From Oligoflexia bacterium (GTDB taxonomy: Bacteria; Bdellovibrionota; UBA1018): a stretch of 32,782 bases of DNA. The translations under genes and the position numbers were made by a program. Where the stretch lies: contig JAYTHP010000116.1 of the NCBI GenBank assembly GCA_043732485.1, positions 1-32,782 on the forward strand, in the 5' to 3' direction. Within the stretch, counting starts at the first letter, position 1, and every line of letters starts with the position of its first letter. The notes beneath the pieces were generated by a model that saw only the letters and a program-made list of their open reading frames with translations, was not told the DNA's origin and made no database searches. This document shows, piece after piece, positions 18,051 to 26,305 of this stretch.

Positions 18051-20620
18051 AGGTGCCGCAAGAGTATTCACAACCACATCCTCAATCCGCTGCTGCTGAC
18101 GCAACCCCCCCGCTGCTTGCGACCCGGAGCGCCTCCCATCCACTGGCAGCAGCAGTCGCCGCCACCGCCTTCTCGCCAATGCTGGTGCTTGCCGCAATCA
18201 CGCTTGCAGGCCTGGCCTCAGGATGCACCAATCTCTTCCAATACTCAGCCACCATCTCCACCCCGCTGCCGTCTGCCAGCCCCAAACCCTCCCCCAGTCC
18301 TGACGTCTTTGACCTCACCAACGTCACCATGGCCACCAACCCGGCTGCTGCAGCCGCTGCCGCTGCTGCCAACACCCCGCCGACTTTGCAGCTGTTTTTT
18401 GATGCGACGCTTACCACCGTGCCACTCACCAATCACTGCTCGGTGGGGGGTAACAAGACGTGTGTGTGTCAGTTCAGCTGGTCACAGGCGCAAAGCGGCT
18501 CACAAATCAGCTCCTCTCCCAACTTTAGTACGCTTGCCACCTCCAGCATCACCCGCACTGCACAAACCCCCTTGCTGACGCTGACCACCTATACAGCCAC
18601 CTGCAACGCGCCTGACGTTTTTACCACGGAAATCTCGGCAGGCACCCCCGTGTTCGTCAAACTGGTGGCACTCACCGGCAATCCTGATGCCACACTTTTT
18701 ACCCTGCTCCCCAGCGGCGGCTTCCCGTATATCGCCAACCCACAAGCCAGCGCCGCCACCCTGGAGACGCAAGCGGGAGCAGCGTTAATCAATATCTTGC
18801 ACTACACTTGCAACGAGAACAACCCCGGCAAATCAAAAATCACCTCCTTGTCCAACACGATTGTCAATCCCAACCCGGCGCCCAATTCAGCCGGCGGCGC
18901 AAGCGCCACTTACCTCTCGGGAGTGCAATTCTGTACGGATGCCACCAACGGCTGCAATTCCCCCACCCAATCCTACTCCAACCAAGCCAATTACTATAAC
19001 CTCTACGTGCAACCCACCGTCTTGGGCGAACTGTCGCAATTTAACTCCAACCTCTCTTGCTATTACGTGCAAGAGACCTTAGGCTCACCCCAACAGGCCT
19101 TCTGGCCGCTGGACTCGACCTTCATGCTGGGCACCCAGTACTCGCTCACTTTCAACGTCGGGGTCGACTCCCACTCCGCCCTCAACACCGGAGGAGCACT
19201 CAGCCCTGCGTTGTCTGCAACCTGTGCACAACAGCAGGCCGCAGTCGCTGGCCAAGCTGCAGCAGCGGCTCCAGCAGCTCCAGCCGCAGGCGGTAACAAC
19301 GCCGGGCTTGTGACCTCGTGCCTAGGCTACGCACTTTCGCCTAACAGTGCGGGGCTTTGCCCAAGCTTCGCCAGCAGCAGTGGCGCCACCATTCCGACCT
19401 ACCGCCTCAGGCGCTTTGTTGCGCTCTTTCCTAACACCTTCACCAACGTCGGTAAACCTCCCGCCACAGGGGTCAGCCAAGGGCTAGACACCATTTATGT
19501 CTTAGATCGCCCGGTGATTGCACCCAACCCCAGCCCGTCGCAACAACCTTTTACCATGCTGGGGCCTAAACCCTGCCCGCTGGCCTACTTCGATTCTTTT
19601 AACGTGACCGGCAGCACGCCTACCTCGCCGCCCGCCTTCAATCAGTTCCCCCAGTTCCCCCAATACCGCGGCACCAGCAACCCTGCTTGGTCAGGCAAAA
19701 ACTACGACGCTATTGAATTTCCTAATTATGACGAAGGCTTAGCAAACCAATCCTCCTGCTCAGCCACTCTTCCCGTCTTTAACGCCACGCAATCAGCCTT
19801 AAGCTTTGTCACCGTTAACAAAAATAACCCCCGCTTGCCACACGTCTATATCCGCCCGGTGCAGCCTTTTGTCCCGCATTATGAGGAGGACACAGGCTTT
19901 TTAGCCTGTGCGCCGCAAGCAAGCCCCTTGGTTGACCCTCCCTTGCATTTTTCTAAAGATACTTCCCTCACCGCAGCGGCCACCCCCAACGTCGCCTGGT
20001 GCGCTGAGAGCTATCCCAGCCAAAACCCCTACATCCAGCAGCTGGATCCGGCCCCCAACCCCCAGGCCACCAACACCACAGCCCCCAACTATGCCGTCAC
20101 CCCGTCAGGCTGGACCGCCAATTACACCTCACACGTCGCCAAAGGCACCACCCAAAACAGCTGCAAAGCCACGGCGCTGAGTTCAGGCTCCTTGAACGTG
20201 GGGGGCAGCTATGTCTATGCCAATGCCACCCGTAACGGTGCGCCGTCCTTTGCCCAGCATCCAGCCTCCACGCTCTTGCCGTGGGAGACGCTGAGCGCAG
20301 CCAATGCCAGCCAGACTTGTGATCGCACAGTGGCGCCGCAATACTCCAACGCGGGCGTGCCTGCGAATCCCACCCTGAGCGCCTTGTTTCCGCTGCTTGC
20401 GCCTGCCATTGACCTTGAGCCTGCAATTGCGGTTGACTCAAGTTACTTTTGTACGATAACCTACGACGGCGGCTTGGGAAAATCCAACCTCTTCGTCCCC
20501 TCCAGCGGCTGCTGTAGTGCTACTCAAGTGTTCGTCAACCCCACCAGTTCCACCTCTAGCGCTCACTTGGAGCCCTCTGGCATCGGCGGGACCCCCAATT
20601 GCAGTGCTCCGACTTATTAA
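18047..20620 (+). CDS. Cys-rich lipoprotein, paralogue of the upstream gene
   Basis: ATG at 18047 overlaps the upstream TGA (ATGA) with an AGGAGGAGG SD; lipobox LASG|C (18224-18226); motif blocks shared with 15888..18050. Confidence 0.85.
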   Translation: MKVPQEYSQPHPQSAAADATPPLLATRSASHPLAAAVAATAFSPMLVLAAITLAGLASGCTNLFQYSATISTPLPSASPKPSPSPDVFDLTNVTMATNPAAAAAAAAANTPPTLQLFFDATLTTVPLTNHCSVGGNKTCVCQFSWSQAQSGSQISSSPNFSTLATSSITRTAQTPLLTLTTYTATCNAPDVFTTEISAGTPVFVKLVALTGNPDATLFTLLPSGGFPYIANPQASAATLETQAGAALINILHYTCNENNPGKSKITSLSNTIVNPNPAPNSAGGASATYLSGVQFCTDATNGCNSPTQSYSNQANYYNLYVQPTVLGELSQFNSNLSCYYVQETLGSPQQAFWPLDSTFMLGTQYSLTFNVGVDSHSALNTGGALSPALSATCAQQQAAVAGQAAAAAPAAPAAGGNNAGLVTSCLGYALSPNSAGLCPSFASSSGATIPTYRLRRFVALFPNTFTNVGKPPATGVSQGLDTIYVLDRPVIAPNPSPSQQPFTMLGPKPCPLAYFDSFNVTGSTPTSPPAFNQFPQFPQYRGTSNPAWSGKNYDAIEFPNYDEGLANQSSCSATLPVFNATQSALSFVTVNKNNPRLPHVYIRPVQPFVPHYEEDTGFLACAPQASPLVDPPLHFSKDTSLTAAATPNVAWCAESYPSQNPYIQQLDPAPNPQATNTTAPNYAVTPSGWTANYTSHVAKGTTQNSCKATALSSGSLNVGGSYVYANATRNGAPSFAQHPASTLLPWETLSAANASQTCDRTVAPQYSNAGVPANPTLSALFPLLAPAIDLEPAIAVDSSYFCTITYDGGLGKSNLFVPSSGCCSATQVFVNPTSSTSSAHLEPSGIGGTPNCSAPTY

Positions 20621-20814
20621 ATGAAACCGATGGCTGGGCTTCAAACTCTTTTTCGTTTTTGGCAATCCCAGAAAGCCCCGCTCATGCGGCGATAACTACT
20701 ACTACTACCGACTTAAAAAAACAGTGATGGATGGAAAACCACCCTATTGCCATCACCCAGACGAAAAAGAAGAACTCCATCACCACCCCCCCCCCACAGA
20801 ACACCCTCTGAGTT

Positions 20815-21822
20815 ATGTCCATTTTCTTTGAAGACGACGACTTCCTGATCCTGAACAAACCGCATGGCCTTCCCTGCGTGCCCCATCTCGTTGACCAAAA
20901 ACCCCACCCCAGTGTCACCGCAGTCAGCCTCGCCCTCCAGGCCGCACCCGCGTTGCAAGGGGTGGGGCCCGATCCCTTGGAGCCAGGCTTACTGCACCGC
21001 TTAGACACCACCACCAGCGGCTTGTTGCTGTTTGCCAAAAATGATACTCTCTTCCAGCACCTCAAAAAACATTGGAAAAATCCCCAGCATGTGAGTAAAT
21101 TTTACCGTGCCATCGTCACGCCCTCTCCCAAGCAGCATAGTGCCGAGAGGGTGGGAGCGAGGCCAGCGGATCTCGAAACCGATCTCCACGCTGATCTCCC
21201 ACACCGGCGCTCGCCTTTTGATCGGCTGCCTCTGACGCTCAGACAACCGATGGGGCATGACAAGAAAAGTAAAAAAAAGATGCGGGTACTGGACCAGCCT
21301 CACACGAAGAGCCACACCTCCACCCACAGCTCCACCGAACCCCACCCCATCAGTGCCTATCGCTTGCGACAAATTCGTGGCAAACTGCTGCACGCCGTCA
21401 CCCACATCCTAGCGGCGAAGCGACTCCCGCCGCTTGACCCTCTCACACTTGCTTTGAGTTCCTCGCAGCTTCCTCCCGCTCCCTCTATCTCTTCACCCAC
21501 TTCTCCCGCCACTTCTCCTTCGTCCCTGGCGCTCGTTCTCAGTACTCTGTGGGAGCTTGAAATCCAGATCGAAACTGGCGTCATGCATCAGATCCGCGCC
21601 CATCTCTCGAACTTAGGTTTCCCGATCTTGGGCGACCTGCGGTATCAAGGCGCGCCAGCACCCCGCACCTTCCTGCACGCCTGGAAACTAAAGCTAGATT
21701 TACCTCCGCTCGAGCAAGCGAGCGGGAGCGAGCATCCCTCAAAGCGGGGGGCCTTGGCCAGAATTCAAAGAGAGTGGATAGCGCCGCTGCCTGACGACTG
21801 GATCACTGCTCACCAAAAATAG
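20815..21822 (+). CDS. RluA-family RNA pseudouridine synthase
   Basis: LILNKPHGL, HRLDTTTSGLLLFAK (catalytic Asp), KFYRAIV, TGVMHQIRAHL...PILGD..Y and FLHAWKL motifs; no S4 domain. Confidence 0.93.
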   Translation: MSIFFEDDDFLILNKPHGLPCVPHLVDQKPHPSVTAVSLALQAAPALQGVGPDPLEPGLLHRLDTTTSGLLLFAKNDTLFQHLKKHWKNPQHVSKFYRAIVTPSPKQHSAERVGARPADLETDLHADLPHRRSPFDRLPLTLRQPMGHDKKSKKKMRVLDQPHTKSHTSTHSSTEPHPISAYRLRQIRGKLLHAVTHILAAKRLPPLDPLTLALSSSQLPPAPSISSPTSPATSPSSLALVLSTLWELEIQIETGVMHQIRAHLSNLGFPILGDLRYQGAPAPRTFLHAWKLKLDLPPLEQASGSEHPSKRGALARIQREWIAPLPDDWITAHQK

Positions 21823-22159
21823 TCCTAAGGCGCAAGCCCCCTGAGGCCTTCCTTCCAGCCACGCAGCTTCTTGCCCCGTGCCGTCGGTGCTGCAAACTTC
21901 GATCACTTCCCTCCATTAAAAAATAAAAGATGAACTAATCTGCTTACTTAAGTCCTCACCTGCTAGAAGCGACTTAAGAAAATCACGCTACCTGACGAAA
22001 CAAGTGGAAGTGAAAGAGGACGGTTTAGGTTACGCGGCTAATGCTACTTCAAAAACGGCTGAGCCGGCGAGATTGCAATCGAGAGGTTTTCACAGGTGTG
22101 AAGAAAAAATAAGAAAGAATCAGCCAAGCAAGGTCGAGAAAAGCAAAAAGGAGCCAGAG

Positions 22160-23941
22160 ATGCAAAGTCTTCAAAAAATGGGTGCAAAAAATAGGTCGGG
22201 GAAAAATCTGAACCGGCTCAACCTTGGCTTGTCAAACAGACTTACGATCGGATTGGTGATCGGCGTCACTTTTAAACTTTTTTTCCCTCATGACGCTGAG
22301 GCGGGGGGGCGGCCGATGGTGGTTCGTCCCTCGGCGCGTCAAAATGCTTTTAGAAAACCGGCCATCGCTATCCGGGGCGCAAGAAAACCTATTCCTCGCT
22401 TTTCGGCAGTCGGCGCACAGGGAGTCCAAATTAGCGATTCTGCACGGCTTGCCACGCAACCCGCGGCAAGCCATAGTCTATCGGCTCAAGCACCCAGCAC
22501 AGCGACCCCGACAGCAAAATCAAGCTTCGCAACTCGCGTTGGCTTAAAACCCGGCGCGCCTTCTGAGAGCGCCAAACCTTTTTCCGCTCCAGCAGCCCCT
22601 CCGAAGGGACCCGTCAGCGAGACGCCCGCAACCGCCCAGGCAGCGGGGAAACCTGGGGCAGGGGGTTGGCTGAGTCGACTCTTTGGGCGCGGAGGATCGA
22701 GCGCCGCAGCAACCGGGGTCTCCCCAGCAGCGATTCCAGGTCAGACCCTCAATCCCGTGGCCCAAGGCAGCAAGCCCGCGCTCCCTGAGAGACCCTGGGG
22801 TCCTGGTAAATCAACTCAAACAGCCGCAGAACACGACGCCCACAAGGCTACTTCGGCGGCAACGGCGCAGGCAACCAACCAAGCTGGCGCGCCCGCGACT
22901 CCACCCGCGCTCCCTGAGAGACCCTGGGGTCCTGGCAAAGCGACTAAAACGGCTTTAGAATACAACGCTCACAAGGCTACTTCGGCGGCAACGGTGCAGG
23001 CAGCCAACCACGCCGGAACGCCTGCGACTCCACCCGCGAGTCCTGGAAAATCGGCTAGCACACAGGACTCTTCTCACGCCACAATGCCTACCGCCCAGGC
23101 TGCCTCACAAAACCCAAGCGGTAAAGATCCTCTAAAACTGGCACCAGTTCAGGAAGCAAGCACAGAAGCCGACCCGAATTTAGCTGAATTCCGAGCAACT
23201 CCACCTGCCACCCGCACTCAAAGAGCTGAGTTATTTCGTACAACCCGCGACGGCTATGGCAAGGTGGAGCCATCAACGGGGCAAACCTCAACGGCCACTC
23301 AAACAGTCGACGAGCACAAGGCAAGTGCGGGAACTGCTCATCAGTCGGCAGCAACGGCTCAGTCCACAGCCCAAGCTAGCAGTCCCGCTACTCCGCCCGC
23401 ACTCCCTGAAAAGCCATGGGGGCCGGGAAAATCGGCTAAAACGGCCGAAGAATACTTTGCTAACAAGGCTTCTGCGGCAGCAACGGCTCGCTCCGGTGCT
23501 CGTCCACAAGGCAAGCAAGATGCACATTCCTCAACCGAGGCTCAAAGTGTCGATTCAGCTGAGCATGAAGATTCCTCGCACTCCTCAGGAAATGCCGCTT
23601 CAGGTGGCAGTAAACTGAGTAAGGCGCAGCAGACCGAGCCTTCCGATCACCCAGAGCTGCAAAAACCCGGCATGAACCCAGCGCGAACCGCGATGCTAGG
23701 AGTAGCAGCAGGATTAGCGACAGGAGTAGCAATCGGCATCCTCTCTACTCCCGCTGGGCAACAAACCCTTAGTCAAGACGCAAGTCTCATCGGCAATAAT
23801 GTGAGTAGCGCCGTCGGAGATTTAGGTAAGGCAGGTTCAGCTCTCACTGCGGGTGCTCCCACTAAACCCAATCCGCAATCCCCCTTAAGTGGGACGTCGC
23901 CGGTGGCACCAACGACCATTCAAGCTGCTCCGCAGAATTAA
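22160..23941 (+). CDS. exported Ala/Pro/Ser/Thr-rich repeat protein with C-terminal hydrophobic segment
   Basis: ATG 22160 follows AAGGAG and is in frame with the 22004 ORF; signal-like segment ending HDAEA; 43-aa repeats; AMLGVAAGLATGVAIGILS segment. Confidence 0.8.
   Translation: MQSLQKMGAKNRSGKNLNRLNLGLSNRLTIGLVIGVTFKLFFPHDAEAGGRPMVVRPSARQNAFRKPAIAIRGARKPIPRFSAVGAQGVQISDSARLATQPAASHSLSAQAPSTATPTAKSSFATRVGLKPGAPSESAKPFSAPAAPPKGPVSETPATAQAAGKPGAGGWLSRLFGRGGSSAAATGVSPAAIPGQTLNPVAQGSKPALPERPWGPGKSTQTAAEHDAHKATSAATAQATNQAGAPATPPALPERPWGPGKATKTALEYNAHKATSAATVQAANHAGTPATPPASPGKSASTQDSSHATMPTAQAASQNPSGKDPLKLAPVQEASTEADPNLAEFRATPPATRTQRAELFRTTRDGYGKVEPSTGQTSTATQTVDEHKASAGTAHQSAATAQSTAQASSPATPPALPEKPWGPGKSAKTAEEYFANKASAAATARSGARPQGKQDAHSSTEAQSVDSAEHEDSSHSSGNAASGGSKLSKAQQTEPSDHPELQKPGMNPARTAMLGVAAGLATGVAIGILSTPAGQQTLSQDASLIGNNVSSAVGDLGKAGSALTAGAPTKPNPQSPLSGTSPVAPTTIQAAPQN
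22775..23060 (+). repeat. 129-bp (43-aa) intragenic tandem repeat: two full units plus a truncated third, with a further copy at 23396
   Basis: CCCGCG-initiated units at 22775, 22904 and 23033, exactly 129 bp apart, encoding PALPERPWGPGK...ATP. Confidence 0.92.
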
Positions 23942-24251
23942 GTCCACGGTGTATGTCTGCGCGTGTGTAAGTGCATCAATGCTAGACGGTGTCAGTGGCC
24001 GACCCGAAAAAAGGTGAGCATTGTGCACAAGCGAGGCTTGCGTTGAGTCGAGGGCGTTTCATGAGTGGCACTCCTTGACCCCTTTTGAATGTCCAGTCAA
24101 GAGCGTGCGGGGTCCGCCCCGCTCTCGGTTTCTGAGGGTTTTCTGAGGAGCTCCCCCCCCCCTCAAGTAAGCCCTCTCCTCTATGTCTCAAAAGACTTGA
24201 GCCGGTCTATTGTGCTGCAAAACGCGTCGCAATTGCCGATGAAACTGCATG

Positions 24252-24295
24252 CTTGTGCTGGCTGATCTTGTGCTGGCTGATCTTGTGCTGGCTGA
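24252..24295. repeat. 15-bp tandem repeat (CTTGTGCTGGCTGAT), about 3 copies, intergenic
   Basis: Copies at 24252, 24267 and 24282 read directly. Confidence 0.95.
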
Positions 24296-24586
24296 AAATG
24301 ATGATTGCTACCTCATGCGACAGCCAAGGCCAGGTCTGGCGACCTTGGCCTCACCCTGATTACTCTGTCGCCTCGTGCAGGTTGGATCGAGTCCTTCTGG
24401 GCGCGCTTGCCCGCTCAACGTCTTACAAAAATCCTCAGCGCTTTAAGCTTTAGAGAGCTTTAAGCGTTCGGGTGATCACTGAGCATCACTGACACACCAC
24501 CACACAACCACAAGTGTGTGGGCGTATGTCTCCTTGTATGAGCCTGTCTCCAGAAATGTCTCAGTGGTTATCCCCAGCCAAACGCC

Positions 24587-25606
24587 TTAATGCGGCTGAG
24601 CTGGGCTGCCCGTTCCGGCCGCATTCCCATTCGGGCTAGCGCCAGGGGAAGACCCAGAAGGACCAGGCGCTGACGAACTGTCCCCAGAACCGGCCGAGGA
24701 ACCTGTCGACTTGCCCGTGGCAGGCGTCCCAGCACTAGAGCTAGGTGACGAGGCGGCACTCCCCCCCGGCGTGGCCGTCGTGCTCGATGAAGTAGCCGAG
24801 TTACCGCTACCGCTAACCGAATTGCTCCCGGCTTGGAACCCTGCCGCCACACCAGCCTGTTCACCGATCTGATAACCCACGCCCGACAAGATCCCGAGAC
24901 CTACAGTGACGGCTCCAGTTTTTAAGGCGGCGCTCATGACCCGACTCCGTTTGGTGGGTTTTTTGGCACCGATTCCCTGCCTGCTTACCTCAGCCGACAC
25001 CGCTAAGCTCGCAGGGTTTTTTTTATGGTATTCTGCGGGCGTTTTGGCTGATTTCCCCGGTCCCCAAGGCTTCTCAGGCAGTGCAGGTGGCGTTGCAGGC
25101 TGCGCCAGGGAGTGCAAGCCAGCACTCGGTAGGAGCTGGGCATTGTCCGCGGGCTCCCCTGCCGACGTTTCCGCTGTTTTTTCCTTCCCCGGCAAGAGCG
25201 CAGGCATGGTGGAAGCGGAAGAGGGACCATGAGAGGAGGGTTTAGGGTAGGTAGCGGCTGTCGTTGATCGGCTAAATTTTTGTTCCCTGGCTGCAGGATC
25301 AGCCAGATGCGCCTCATTGTCGCTTGCACGCGGGGAAGAGCTCTTAGGAGATCCGCCGCCTTGCCCTTGAGCGTTTCTTCTAGATGAAGACGGACTCAGC
25401 GGTTTGACGCGAGGCTTAATCGGAATTTTAAGTCTCCCTTTAGAAGCAGCCGCTAAAGCATTTTGTTGCCAGGCAAGCGGCATGCTCAACGTCACCGTAA
25501 CCACCAGGAGCAGCACTCTGAGCCCACGCGACCCAAAAAATGAGCCATCGCAGTGGCGAGTGTAAGAACGAGCAGCTATTTCTTTAACAAGGGGGTGGAT
25601 TATCAT
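24587..25606 (-). CDS. exported Ser/Gly/Ala-rich protein, paralogue of 22160..23941
   Basis: Signal peptide RVLLLVVTVTLSMPLAWQQNALA; one ATPPALPEKPWGPGKSAKTPAEY unit; hydrophobic GAVTVGLGILSGVGY segment. Confidence 0.8.
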   Translation of the reverse strand: MIIHPLVKEIAARSYTRHCDGSFFGSRGLRVLLLVVTVTLSMPLAWQQNALAAASKGRLKIPIKPRVKPLSPSSSRRNAQGQGGGSPKSSSPRASDNEAHLADPAAREQKFSRSTTAATYPKPSSHGPSSASTMPALLPGKEKTAETSAGEPADNAQLLPSAGLHSLAQPATPPALPEKPWGPGKSAKTPAEYHKKNPASLAVSAEVSRQGIGAKKPTKRSRVMSAALKTGAVTVGLGILSGVGYQIGEQAGVAAGFQAGSNSVSGSGNSATSSSTTATPGGSAASSPSSSAGTPATGKSTGSSAGSGDSSSAPGPSGSSPGASPNGNAAGTGSPAQPH

Positions 25607-25981
25607 CTTATTTTTTTACCCAAGGGTTTGCGCTGAGCATGGGTGAGAGCAAAACAAGCACTCTTGCCCAGACTCACTGCATTTTTATCGGTAAAAAAGC
25701 CGTGGAAACTAAAGAAAATCTCTCTTGCTCTCTTTCTCTCTTTTTGATGACCTAAGAAATCATGTGCGGCTACGTCAGCAGCCGCTTACCCTGATCGCCT
25801 AAAAAACTCGTGAAAACCATGAGTTACGCCATTTTTTTAGGTCCAACGAGCGACCTTGCTTGCCAAAGCTTTTTTGATATTTTTTTATCTTTAGACGATA
25901 TAAAAAATTAATTATTAGACATCTCTCTACTATCTTTAGCTTTTTTATCACCCCCTTAAGGACCTAAGCCACGAATAAGCC

Positions 25982-26010
25982 TTGACACCGTGCTTCGAAT
26001 CGAGTAGAAA
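25982..26010 (+). promoter_or_regulatory. putative sigma70 promoter for the AAA+ gene pair
   Basis: TTGACA-N17-TAGAAA preceded by AT-rich DNA; the -10 element is imperfect. Confidence 0.5.
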
Positions 26011-26305
26011 GCTCAAACCTATTTAGTTTTGTATATAAATTTAATTAATCGTAAGTCCCTCGCCGCCGAGCCCCTCCTTCCTCTTGAGGGCAGCAAACCG
26101 GGTAAGGCAACAGAGACGGAAAAACAGTCAACCGTGCCAGCGGAGGAGGGATTTGCTCCCCGCCGCAGGCGAAGTCGGGCCGGACCCCAGTCTCGTGAAG
26201 CCACAGGTGATACTTTGCAGGGAGGAGAGACTTGAGAGATCAAGTCAGACAGCCCGCGATGAAGCCTAAGACCACTTTGAGACTTGTTTTAAGAAAGGGA
26301 TCGTC

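Noticed and set aside
22004..22159. N-terminal extension of the repeat protein from GTG 22004
   Set aside because: ATG 22160 has a clear AAGGAG SD and places the signal peptide near the N-terminus.
24252..24295. CRISPR array (also considered for 1105-1140 and 22775-23060)
   Set aside because: Repeats are head-to-tail with no unique spacers, or are in-frame coding repeats; no cas genes are present.
26085..26270. Known riboswitch (glycine, cobalamin, c-di-GMP-I, SAM-I) or RNase P RNA
   Set aside because: Only isolated words match (GGAGA, CCGCAGG, GCCAC, AAGTCAG, GCAAACC, GCAACAGAGA); required cores such as CCGAAG...CTCTCAGG or GGGAA-CGGTG are absent. Kept only as an unclassified leader.
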